Shown piece after piece: positions 34,201 through 45,312 of a DNA stretch of 64,000 nucleotides (positions are counted from its first letter, which is position 1; the number at the start of each line of letters is the position of its first letter). This DNA comes from Phyllobates terribilis (Eukaryota), in assembly GCF_046119375.1 (NCBI RefSeq), contig NW_027362771.1, positions 427,862,001 to 427,926,000 of the forward strand, read 5' to 3'. The notes under the pieces are model-generated. The model was not told the DNA's origin, searched no databases, and saw only the letters and a program-made list of their open reading frames with translations. The position numbers and the translations under genes are program-made.

Positions 34201-37200
34201 ATTAAGACTTCATGATTGACTATGTCTTGATAGGATACTCAACGTCTTGGTATTCCTATTGCTTGGTAATGACAGACCACTTCACCAATTATGCTGTAGC
34301 AGTGCCGACAAGAGATCAGACGGCGGAGTCTGCGGCTGAGGCCGTGTGTCAACATTTCATCCAGGTGTTTGGGTGTCCGCAAAGAATACACTCGGATCAA
34401 GGGGCATGTTTTCAGGGGGCATTGATGAAGGAGCTGTACCAGCTGTATGGTATCGCACCGTCGAGAACAACACCTTACCATCCCCAAGGTAACGGAGCTT
34501 GTGAGCGCTTTAATCGGACTCTGTTGCAGATGTTGAGGACGTTAGAGGGTAAACAGCAGGTACGCTGGCCTGAGTATCTCCCCGTATTTATGTGGGCCTA
34601 CAATAATAGAGTGCACAGCACTACTGGCTACTCACCACACTTGTTGATGTTCGGGAGGCCAGGGCGGGACATTGAGGATTTGAGCATGCCAGGTCCCTCC
34701 TCCAATCCCTCTCGGACCGCATCAGAATGGGTTCGAGAACACCGGCGGCGATTAAGGGTGGTGCATCAGGTGGTGGGTGATCGACTCAGTCAGGTGACCA
34801 ATAGGGACGCGCGTCCCGTGCAAGCCGAGCCTTTCTCCCCGGGGGATAGAGCGTTGGTGAGAATCAAACGACGGTCCGGAAAGCTGAGTGAATGATGGGA
34901 GGTGACTCTGTACCTGGTAAAAAAGCGGGTGAGCCCTGAGATTCCAGTCTACGAGGTCGAGCCGGTGGGGACAAGGGGACCAACCCGTAATCTTCATTGT
35001 AACATGCTACAACGGTGCTGGTTTGAAGATGCGGTCCCCGTTTCTACGGAACCACAGGCCGTGTCCCGAGGGGTGGGCATTCCTAATGCTCTTGAATTTG
35101 ATGGTGAGTCTGCCTCTGCGCCTGCTTACTTGCCTCCTGCAATCAATCTGTCCCCTTGTGTAGAGAGTGTTGAGAATGTGGTATGTCCTTCAGAGAACAG
35201 GGAATCAGGTCAGTTACCTGACCTGGATGATGTGGCACAGGGCGCCACACCTCAGGAGGGAGAAGGCTCATTGGCTCCCTCTGATGATACCGCTGAAGAG
35301 ACTTCTGCCCCCTCGGGGGCCGAGTCTGTTGGGGTGGGTCTCAGGAGAACTACTCGAGCTACGGCGGGTATACCCCCACAATGCTATACACAAGACGACT
35401 TTGAGTGGGGAGGTGTGTCGAGGACACCAATCTCTAATGGGGTGGCATGTGAGAGTGTGAACCGTGATAGCAGCAGGAGAGCATTAGGACCCTGTGAGTT
35501 TTGCCTGGCTGAGCTCAGAGCAGGGGCAGATCAGGAGACCCTGTGTGTTTTGAGGGTGTCTGCTGTGTGAGACTCTGGACGGGGCATCTGAGGAGAACTG
35601 TGAGGACTGAACTGCAACAAGACTCTCTCTCTACAAGCTTTCCTGTGGGGGTTGATAACCCCTGGCCCTGGTGAAGCTGTGTCCCTGCTTAAGAACGAGT
35701 GCTGAGCTGGGGAAAGCTGTGTGGCTCTTTGGAGTCTTGTGGAAGTCCATGCTGAGTGACTGCGAGAGGAGAGAAGGGGTTCGGTGCCATTCACATTGAG
35801 AGGCTACTGACAAGCCTTGTGAAGAGTTCTTCCCAGACCTTAACCTGAGGCTACAGGACTAAAGTCCCCAGCGTGTGGGCTTGGCATCGGCCTACAAGAC
35901 AAGGAACCTTTGCTGTTTTTGTGAACGTTGCTTTTTATTTGGCGCAAAAGTTTTCCCGGGACTAGCTGCAGCTACTGAGATTCACAGGCCTGTGATAGAC
36001 CACATCTGAGGTTAATGGTACCATAACTTTAAGATACCTGGGTATCCCTATACTAGGGGAATAAGAGCAATTGGTATAGTGTCATGTATTGTTATTGTTA
36101 ATAGTAGTAGGATTGTACTCAATGTGCCATCTCAGGGGTCCCTATAGAACACCCTCACTAGATTGACACAGTGTTTAGGTAAAATTGTTCCAGATCTTTA
36201 GAATAATTCACATAAACTGGAAACCTTGAGATTGGCACATTGATTTCAGCTTTTGCTGATTGTGTGTATTTAGTAGAGACAGTGTCCTAGGTAGAACCTG
36301 AGACTGATTCATGCAATACTGAATTTTAGACTAATCCCTGTCTTAGTAAAGAAAGTGTTGTTTATTTCTGTCTCTGTCTTAGTTTGTGACTCACTGGATC
36401 TCTCTCGGACCTCCGGTCATTACATTCACAACAAATTTCTGGATTTTTATCGCTGTAATATGGGATCACGTCTGATGATGGAAAAGATATGGCTGTATTC
36501 TGCAGTGCTAACAAGCCAATGGAGCAGTAAAATGGGGTACTCTGGATTGCTTTTTAATCAAATAATCAGGATTAATATAAAAAAAAAATTAGCCCTGGCC
36601 CCTGATATCTTGGGCTATGTCTACGGATATCTGTAACAGCAGGAGCAGACAGAACGTGCAATGAACCCTCTTATGCTGTATACACTGCCACAAACCCTGC
36701 CTGCCTGCCTAACTCCTGCTATCAGTCTTAATATATGCAGCTGGATTAGTCCTCAGAAGGTCTGCTAGTTCAGATGGATATATATATACTCCTGGAGTAC
36801 CACTACCTATATGTAACTATTACACCGCCAATTCTGTCCCTCACACAGCAGCACCCCTCCCTACTCTGCCTGATTCCGGAGTGACTGTGATGAGCCTAGC
36901 GTCACCAGGTCTGATATAGACCTGACGACGCTGTGCGGCCAGCCTATCACTGTAATGCCACAACCAACATGGCTACGGAATTACAGTGTGTGGAAGACAA
37001 TCCCTGCATGTTCACTGGCTCTCTAAAGAGTGCCAAACATTCAGGGCAAGGACCCGGGCTCCCGCCCGAGAAACCCGGAAATACTCGCTGGCATGACGAG
37101 CAGGGTGATGATCGGGCGAGTACCGAGCAGTGGCGAGCACCCTTGCTCATCACTAATCTTAACCTTACAGAGAACAGGAGTAGAAAGCTTTGCTAAATAA

Positions 37201-37237
37201 CTAGAATAACTAGTAGAAAACTTTGCTAAATACTTAA

Positions 37238-37510
37238 AAATATGTTCTCAAGTTTGAAAGTTATTTCCTATCCAAAGGATAGGAGACAACCTTCCGATCA
37301 CTGTGGATCCAACCGCCGTAGCCCCCAACGATAATGAGAACAAATGAAGCAGAGGCCAATCTAGCGCACTGTTTCTCCATTCATTCTACTAGGATCACTG
37401 AAGATCGGCCAAGCGCTGCGGGATAAGTGGGGGCTAAAGCGGTTGGACCACCAAAAAAGTTATTTTCTATACCTTTAACAGGAATAACTTTTAAACTTGA
37501 GAATACCACT
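37238..37510. mobile_element. TTAA-flanked palindromic MITE (T2/Kolobok-like)
   Basis: TTCTCAAGTTTGAAAGTTATTTCCT pairs with AGGAATAACTTTTAAACTTGAGAA. TTAA at 37234-37 and 37511-14. Confidence 0.7.
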
Positions 37511-37631
37511 TTAAGAGTGTCTGTTTCACACCTTCTACAAATTCCAAAGTGCACTTAAGAAGATGAAGTCTTGCAAATATTAAAAATACCTGTGCTTACT
37601 TGATGACAGACCAGGGACTATTGGGGCTTAA

Positions 37632-38298
37632 AGGGAATCTGTATCCCCCAAAATGGGTTCTAAACGAGCCATATGTTGATATAGGATCTTTAGCCCCTAT
37701 AAAATCATTCTAGCACTTTGAGTTACTGGTACAGTACCTGAGAAAACTTTTCATTTTTAAGGAAATGAGGGGGCTTCAGTGCACTTGTGGATAGGTGCAC
37801 CATTAGACCCCTTAATTTTGCATGTTAGGGCTTCGCCTCTTTTGGTTGACAGCGTTCGCATGTGCACTAACACTGTGTCTGGTTATGCGCACACAAAAGC
37901 GGCTGGGCATGTTTTCATACCTGTCTTTTCTCTGCTGATGCCACTCGCTACATTTCTGGGTGTATCAGTGTAGCAAGCAGCATTGGCAGAGCGGAGATAG
38001 GGAGGAGAACATGCCTGGACACCGTATGCGCGCACAGATGTGAACAGGCAGTGTGAATGCTGTCAATCAGAAGCAGGGGACGCCCCCAAGATGCAAATTT
38101 AGGGGTTGTATGTTTCCACTAAGCTCTTGACCATGCCAAGGGTGCACCGAAGGCCTCTCATTTGTATTTGAATTAATCTTAGTTTCTCAGGCACTGCACC
38201 ATTAACAGTACAATGCTAGTATGGTTGTTATAGGAACTATTTCACTTATATCATGATATAGCTCATTTAAAATCCATTTACAGTGTGACAGACCCCCT
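37632..38298. mobile_element. T2/Kolobok-like MITE
   Basis: TTAA-AGGGAATCTGT.. and ..TGACAGACCCCCT-GTAA termini. Confidence 0.6.
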
Positions 38299-38339
38299 GT
38301 AAAGTATGAAATAAGGCTACCAAATGGAATTTGGAATTA

Positions 38340-38620
38340 AGGACACTGTGTCATCATACCAAGAAAGATGCTCCCAGAAATGACAGCAAAGACTCATTAT
38401 ATCCACTCAGGAATCAAAGGATGCCGTTACAAGCCAAAGATTTCATTTTCTGTCCACATCTGATATTATCGAAACAATAAGGAATTGTCATATTTGCAAT
38501 GAGTACCATACAAACAAGCAGAAAAACTACTGATGACCCACAAGGTGCCCTCTCCGCCTTGGAGCAAACTAGGCACAAACTTATTTCCTTACCAGGACAA
38601 TAAATTATTATTTACATTTC
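38340..38620 (+). pseudogene. Old Gypsy integrase zinc-finger fragment
   Basis: Frameshifted reading IHSGIKGCR..DIIETIRNCHICNEY..HKVPSPPWSKLGTNLF. Confidence 0.6.
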
Positions 38621-39146
38621 TGGGAGATTGAATAGATTTTACCACCTCTAAAACCACTATAAAATGCTACAAAGCAAATTTTAGTAGTTATGGAATCCAT
38701 GACTCTCAGACATAATGGACCACAGTGCTGATAATGTCTGTAGCTGTGTATTAATGACGCTATATAAGTGAGTAATGAAATAAAATACATTTGTCAGCTT
38801 AGAGAATCGGATAACACTCAGACAGAGTTTGATTTGACTGTCATTAGCATAATCAGCCCGATTCTCTCGCAAGAGAGCATATACGGCAGTGTGAGCGGAC
38901 CCTAGAATGCAAACATATGCCATAATAAAAGAGCCAATAAAAGAGCCAAGTAACTTCCAGAACGGATTCTCCAGTAGCTTATACATTTTGGTTGGGGAAG
39001 GAATGATTGATGGAATCTGCAATCAGAAATACAGATTATTTATTTATTTATTTTACTCACTTATATAGCGCTATTAATTACACAGCGCTTTACAGACATT
39101 ATAACAAAAAATTGTCACAATCTGGTTACAATTAGTTAAAAAAAAT

Positions 39147-39526
39147 GTATGTGACACATTCCCTTAAAAATAAATAAAATATACCTAAAAAAAGAGTATT
39201 GGATATTTTTAAGAAATGTTTAATAGGTTAGAGTAGAGTAGAGTAAAGCCAGGCAAGAAGAGCCTACTTTGTTGTGGTGGCGGCTTAAGAAATCTTTTGG
39301 CCAAAACAAAAGCTGCTGGCTATGTAGGTGATCTGGTTTTCGATGGGAATTGTTAATATGTGATTTGTGAAGACGTGGTGCAGAATGGAGTTTTTCCAAA
39401 AGTGGGCGGTGGGACTGTGGAAGGTTCAAGGGGTGGAGGTGGAGCTGGGGAAGAGACTGGAGGAGTCTCAAGGGGGCCCGGAAATTTTGACAGCATGGGG
39501 CACTGAAATTCCTAGTGGCAGCCCTG
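39147..39526. mobile_element. Second copy of the terminal ~380 bp of the repeat at 14470-14846
   Basis: Shared GTATGTGACACATTCC, GGTGGCGGCTT..CAAAACAAAAGCTGC and GAAATTCCTAGTGGCAGCCCTG. Confidence 0.8.
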
Positions 39527-39724
39527 CTCTGCAGGGGCTTCTATTTAAACCTCACTGCTGCCTCTGTTCCCTTCTGATGATAGCATACACTACTATAGTA
39601 TGAACATGAAAAATGGCTATTTTATATTTCAAATCCATATTGAAATAAAATAGGAACCAGACATGTCAGCATTTGTAGGTATCCTACCTCAGTAGACTAG
39701 GGGTCATTAGTCCAGACTTACTAA

Positions 39725-40698
39725 GGCTATGTGCCCACGTAGCAGATTTGATGCAGAGCGTTTTGGCCTTCTCTGGCAGAAAAAATGCAAGCGATTTACA
39801 TGCGTTTTTTCTGCCAGAGAGAAGCGTTTTTTCAGCGCTTTTACATTCGTTTTTGCATGCGTTTTTTCAAGCACTTTTCCAAGCGATTTTGAGCATCACT
39901 TGGAAAAGTGCTTGACAAGTTGGTCACACAATATAAATCCATGCAACTGGCATGGATTTATATAGTGTGATCAACTTAGATGCTTTAAATTCTGCATCTA
40001 TAGTAAAAAAAAAAAGAATTAAAAAGCTAAAAATAAAAAAAAACCTGTATACTCACCTCTCCGGTCTCCTCCTGGCGGCGATCCTCTCTCCTCAGTGTCC
40101 CGCGGTGTACTGGCAAGACCTGCGGTGACGTCATTTAGTCAGCTGATGGTCACGCGACCATCACCTGACCACTGACGTCAGCGGTCGCGTGAGCATCAGC
40201 TGACTAAATGACGTCAGCGCATGTCCTGCCAGTACACCGCGGGACGCCGAGGAGAGAGGACGCGGCCGGGAGCAGACAGGAGAGGTGAGTATACAGGTTT
40301 CTTTTATTTTTAACTTTTTTATTTATTTTTTTCACCGAGTGGTAGCCGGGATGAAGAGGAGTTGTAGTCTCCTCTTCATCCTAGCTACCACACGCACCTC
40401 GATTACGCTGCAAACTCACGGCCATTGAATTTAATTGAAACGCAGCAAATCCACATATACCTGCGGGTTTGCTGCGTTTCAATGTTCCTCAATGGCCGCG
40501 TATTTGCAGCGTAATCACGGTAGAAATGGCCATGCTGCGTTTTGCAACGCAATGTGAATTCGGAGCGCTAATTAGCGCATCATGTGCACAGCACATCCGA
40601 ATTCACATTACTTTGCATGGCAGACGGTTTTACAAGCGTTTTCGTGGCCGTAAAAACGCCGCAAAAACGCTACAAAAACGCTACGTGGGCACATGGCC
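39725..40698. mobile_element. Harbinger-type MITE with a central GC-rich hairpin
   Basis: TIR GGCTATGTGCCCACGTAGC / GCTACGTGGGCACATGGCC and TAA on both sides (39722-24, 40699-701). Confidence 0.85.
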
Positions 40699-42195
40699 TA
40701 AAACATAGCTTTAGGTTAAGTTTGCTAACAGTCTGAGGTTTAATCTTTATTACTGAAGGAAATTAGCCTTTGTATACGCCATGAGAGATCCGATGTAGAA
40801 CCAGACACAGACGATTGCACAATATTGTAAATAAGACTACAGGCATATGGCTTAAGATGGAGAAGCTTATTGTAGTACCAAAAATATAAGTGGCTATCTG
40901 AAACCCATTATGATGTATCCAACCTTTAATTAATATTCTGATTATATATTCTGTGTTAAGGTATACTTTATCTGTGAATGTATTTCACTGATACATAGAT
41001 TCTTAACACTGTAAAGGACATATTGATACTCATGCTAGAGAAACTCCATTTTGTCTGCTCGCTTTAAAATCATGTTATTATCACTCCTTGCATAACATAC
41101 ATTCTTTCTTTCTCTTCCCATAGAACTTATCTCACACTAACCTTTTCTCAAGAGAACATTTTGTCAGACACTCTTATCTAACTTGTTTAGGCCAGGTTTG
41201 ACCTTGTAAAATTTCCATAGTGCTTCAAACTAACAATGATAATATGACCATATATGTGTTTCCGTAATAATTGTACTCACATCAGTTAGCCTATAGTATT
41301 GTAGTATGGCTGTAGAGTTGATTGGCTATTTGATATACTCAAAACAATATAAAATGCTAAGCAAAATAAACGGGATCAGAGATTCTTTGAATTCTCCCAA
41401 TACTGAACATTGTTTCCGTTTGGTTTTCTGTGGATTGCAATAAACATAATAATTTGACACTCACTTGGTCAACCGTGAAGGGTTATTGCCCTCCCTTAAC
41501 AACACAATATACTGTCTGGGAAGAAAACCTTGTTCTGATTTAAAACCCGGTGTAGGATTTACTCTTACCATATGTAAACATTGTGACAGAAGTAGAATGG
41601 TCCGTGAGCAGGTCTTGTCCGGTATTGCTTATCTGTGATAGCTGGCCACTGTCACAGGATTGGAATGTTGGACAACAACCTATGAACTTTCATGCTTACG
41701 TAATATTAGGTTGGGTAAGCCTTTTTCTAAAATATAAAAGCTGTTGAAGAATTCAGTTATGGCAGAAGCATTGTGGACCTGTGAAGAGGACGCTCTTCAC
41801 AGTGTAGGACCTAGGATGCATTCTCTGCCCATCACTGAACGCTTCTCCAGCTTTAGTTTCCGGACAGATGATGCACATGCTACTAGGGAAATCTTTTTCT
41901 TCTTCTAATAGTAAATATGTAACCTTTATAAGTATTTAACCTTTAATCTACAAAAGTGTATAAATATAGAATATCATAATATCATACTATTCCTTTGATT
42001 CTGTATTTTATCTTTCAAATTAACTATTATAAATAAAATTGCGCTATATTACAAGTTGTTGCCTTATTTAAATCCGTATCCGAACCTTATTGCTAAAAAC
42101 TTGGCAATACAACTACCCAGTTTGATGGTGAATGAGTCGTCCTTATTTATGACAGTTGGTGCTTACTCTAGGAATTATCTGCATGGTTTTGGTAA

Positions 42196-42758
42196 TGTCA
42201 CGCACAGTGTAAGAAAGACAAAGTGCGACACAAAGGGATGAGGGAAGGGAGCCCAGACACTAGGCAAAGGGGGAAGTGGAGACCTTCTAGGCTGATCTGC
42301 AATCACCCTGTCCCCCCTACCATCCCTATATTGGTTCCTCACCAATCGCCACACAGGAATCTATCCCTGTATTTCTCTAGCACTTGGCCCTGGATAGGGA
42401 AGGGGGATGACCGCTAGTCGATCCCCACTGATAACTAAAGAGAGCAAGGGGAGACAGACACGGGGGAAGTAGCTTAGCTTAAGTCAACTTCAGAGAGATG
42501 GCACACATGTCCTCTTACCACCAGAGAGGAAGTAACAACTGCATTTGCTCTAAGCCTTCACAAGGGGTCATGTGAATGTCACCAGCACCTCCCTCTAGCA
42601 ACATTTAAACACCCAGCTTGGGTGTAAATGAGCCGGAGGGAGGTAGCCGCTGGGTCTTAGAGTGAGACAGATAAGAAAGTGTCTGTAATGCCAAACGCAG
42701 AGATCTTCTGCAGCCAACTGCAGGGCGACTGTCTGTCACTTCTGACACACCCGTGACA
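42196..42758 (-). mobile_element. Solo LTR (563 bp)
   Basis: TGTCACG...CGTGACA termini, with 5-bp TSD GGTAA/GGTAG. Confidence 0.8.
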
Positions 42759-42882
42759 GGTAGTGTGTGTATTTACTTTTCCTCTCCCATTTGGTTGGTC
42801 GCTCCTACTGTTCACTTGTTTTCTACTTTGTTGTTTTGTAATAGAAGGAGAAAACTCTTTCAGAGAATCAGTGCGAGATGTA

Positions 42883-44512
42883 CAGTACAGACCAAAAGTT
42901 TGGACACACCTTCTCATTTAAAGATTTTTCTGTATTTTCATGACTATGAAAATTGTACATTCACACTGAAGGCATCAAAACTATGAATTAACACATGTGG
43001 AATTATATACTTAACAAAAAAGTGTGAAACAACTGAAAATATGTCTTATATTCTAGGTTCTTCAAAGTAGCCACCTTTTGCTTTGATGACTGCTTTGCAC
43101 ACTCTTGGCATTCTCTTGATGAGCTTCAAGAGGTAGTCACCGGAATTGGTTTTCACTTCACAGGTGTGCCCTGTCAGGTTTAATAAGTGGGATTTCTTGC
43201 CTTATAAATGGGGTTGGGACCATCAGTTGTGTTGTGCAGAAGTCTGGTGGATACACAGCTGATAGTTCTACTGAATAGACTGTTAGAATTTGTATTATGG
43301 CAAGAAAAAAGCAGCTAAGTAAAGAAAAACAAGTGGCCATCATTACTTTAAGAAATGAAGGTCAGTCAGTGCGAAAAATTGGGAAAACTTTGAAAGTGTC
43401 CCCAAGTGCAGTTGCAAAAACCATCAAGCGCTACAAAGAAACTGGCTCACATGAGGACCGCCCCAGGAAAGGAAGACCAAGAGTCACCTCTGCTTCTGAG
43501 GATAAGTTTATCCGAGTCACCAGCCTCAGAAATCGCAGGTTAACAGCAGCTCAGATTGGAGACCAGGTCAATGCCACACAGAGTTCTAGCAGCAGACACA
43601 TCTCTTCAACAGCAGTTAAGAGGAGACTTTGTGCAGCAGGCCTTCATGGTAAAATAGCTGCTAGGAAACCACTGCTAAGGACAGGCAACAAGCAGAAGAG
43701 ACTTGTTTGGGCTAAAGAACACAAGGAATGGACATTAGACCAGTGGAAATCTGTGCTTTGGTCTGATGAGTCCAAATTTGAGATCTTTGGTTCCAACCAC
43801 CGTGTCTTTGTGCGATGCAGAAAAGGTGAACGGATGGACTCTACATGCCTGGTTCCCACCGTGAAGCATGGAGGAGGAGGTGTGATGGTGTGGGGGTGCT
43901 TTGCTGGTGACACTGTTGGGGATTTATTCAAAATTGAAGGCATACTGAACCAGCATGGCTACCACAGCATCTTGCAGCGGCATGCTATTCCATCCGGTTT
44001 GCGTTTAGTTGGACCATCATTTATTTTTCAACAGGACAATGACCCCAAACACACCTCCAGGCTGTGTAAGGGCTATTTGACCAAGAAGGAGAGTGATGGG
44101 GTGCTACACCAGATGACCTGGCCTCCACAGTCACCAGACCTGAACCCAATCGAGATGGTTTGGGGTGAGCTGGACCGCAGAGTGAAGGCAAAAGGGCCAA
44201 CAAGTGCTAAGCATCTCTGGGAACTCCTTCAAGATTGTTGGAAGACCATTTCTGGTGACTACCTCTTGAGGCTCATCAAGAGAATGCCAAGAGTGTGCAA
44301 AGCCGTCATCAAAGCAAAAGGTGGCTACTTTGAAGAACCTAGAATATAAGACATATTTTCAGTTGTTTCACACTTTTTTGTTAAGTATATAATTCCACAT
44401 GTGTTAATTCATAGTTTTGATGCCTTCAGTGTGAATGTACAATTTTTATAGTCATGAAAATACAGAAAAATCTTTAAATGAGAAGGTGTGTACAAACTTT
44501 TGGTCTGTACTG
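42883..44512 (+). mobile_element. Tc1-like transposon, DD38E (Intruder-type), structurally complete
   Basis: 263-bp TIRs (42883-43145, 44250-44512) and TA TSD (42881-82, 44513-14). Confidence 0.96.
43297..44349 (+). CDS. Intact DD38E Tc1-family transposase, 350 aa
   Basis: Paired-like HTH, GRPR, WSDES, QQDNDPKH, then 38 residues to the E of PDLNPIE. No stops or frameshifts. Confidence 0.95.
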   Translation: MARKKQLSKEKQVAIITLRNEGQSVRKIGKTLKVSPSAVAKTIKRYKETGSHEDRPRKGRPRVTSASEDKFIRVTSLRNRRLTAAQIGDQVNATQSSSSRHISSTAVKRRLCAAGLHGKIAARKPLLRTGNKQKRLVWAKEHKEWTLDQWKSVLWSDESKFEIFGSNHRVFVRCRKGERMDSTCLVPTVKHGGGGVMVWGCFAGDTVGDLFKIEGILNQHGYHSILQRHAIPSGLRLVGPSFIFQQDNDPKHTSRLCKGYLTKKESDGVLHQMTWPPQSPDLNPIEMVWGELDRRVKAKGPTSAKHLWELLQDCWKTISGDYLLRLIKRMPRVCKAVIKAKGGYFEEPRI

Positions 44513-44514
44513 TA

Positions 44515-45153
44515 AGCAATAAGGAGAAAGAGTGCCATCTGTTGAGCATTTCAAGTTTGGATGCTGGACCCGGTCAGGTGACCTCCAGCAGAGAATTTCA
44601 AAATTTAACGGTCAAGGGCGCAGTGCCTGAGGTGATTTCGGTGCCAGACACAGGAAGAGACGTGACGCAGCCCGGATGCGCTGAAGGAACCAGCGAGAGA
44701 GACCGGGGTGAGAGACACGTAAGGCAAGACGGGTGGCTGCTGGTGAACGAGTGCGGGATTCAGCGCAGCGGTCCCTCAGGTGTCACGGCTACGGAAGAGG
44801 ACCGGGATTTGGATATGACATTAAGGAAATGTTCAAGACCCACCTACCCACGACGTGGTAAACAGCCCCAATTGACAGGACAAAGAGAGGATAGAAACGA
44901 GTCGTGCCGCAAAGATCACGTCAGCAAAAGCCGACGAGTGTCATCACTGATCAGGGCTGTCACTTCGACCGCTCCCTCATGGTACAGGGAACAATCAGGT
45001 TTAGGGTATCAGGTTGGGAGAGGGACGGGTGAGCTGGAACAAGCCAAACGGGATCTAATTGACTTTGTCAGAAAAATACTTAAAGGCCTAGCGGGAATAA
45101 CCGGAGACCCCCCGCTAGGGCCATTTGCAAAACCGGTGGACTTCAGTGATTAA
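44515..45153 (+). CDS. Unknown LTR-internal ORF (213 codons here, plus 15 open codons at 42838-42882 before the Tc1 insertion)
   Basis: Stop-free frame. Peptide blocks are shared with a diverged copy at 55950-56588 (-), with several synonymous differences. No recognised domain and no ATG near the start. Confidence 0.5.
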   Translation, partial: SNKEKECHLLSISSLDAGPGQVTSSREFQNLTVKGAVPEVISVPDTGRDVTQPGCAEGTSERDRGERHVRQDGWLLVNECGIQRSGPSGVTATEEDRDLDMTLRKCSRPTYPRRGKQPQLTGQREDRNESCRKDHVSKSRRVSSLIRAVTSTAPSWYREQSGLGYQVGRGTGELEQAKRDLIDFVRKILKGLAGITGDPPLGPFAKPVDFSD

Positions 45154-45312
45154 TGCCATATTTGCGCTAGATACAATATTTTAGAGAAGGATTTTATTGC
45201 TATTGTTATTGCTATTGTGATGTATTGTGTGTTATTGCTATTGTTATTGCTATTATGATATTTTTCTCATTACTAACCCCTGTTGCAATCCCTTTCAGCT
45301 TTGTTTAATATA

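Larger units (their letters stand above)
28044..36424 (+). mobile_element. Full-length but degenerate Ty3/Gypsy element C (gag, PR, RT, RNase H, integrase) with ~970-bp LTRs
   Basis: LTRs 28044-29013 and 35448-36424 with scattered mismatches. Protease CLVDTGS, RT ESQSPWAGPVVLV..LRFCVDY, RNase H LLYTDGS, integrase DHFTNYAVA/HSDQG/ACERFNRT. Many stops and frameshifts. Flanks TTAA/TTCA. Confidence 0.93.
27421..37156 (-). mobile_element. 5' non-coding arm and terminus (..GCTCATCACTA) of the hAT whose transposase starts near 15785, interrupted by a MITE and Gypsy C
   Basis: 27421-27651 and 36425-37156 are contiguous when the inserts are removed (TTCCATG-TTCA-CAACAAAT) and match 5990-6713 plus 9850-10210. 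Confidence 0.75.

Noticed and set aside
34902-35570. 222-aa ORF running into the 3' LTR of Gypsy C
   Set aside because: Low-complexity tail of the frameshifted pol with only ~40 codons in the LTR, and no support for a separate gene.
38681-39022. Hydrophobic 113-aa ORF resembling a receptor fragment
   Set aside because: Built from a MITE piece plus an inverted copy of the LINE/SINE tail motif TTACTCACTTATATAGCG seen at ~39055. No receptor motifs.
44488-44514. ATG start of the 221-aa ORF
   Set aside because: The first nine codons lie in the DD38E TIR and TSD, so this start is an artefact of the insertion.
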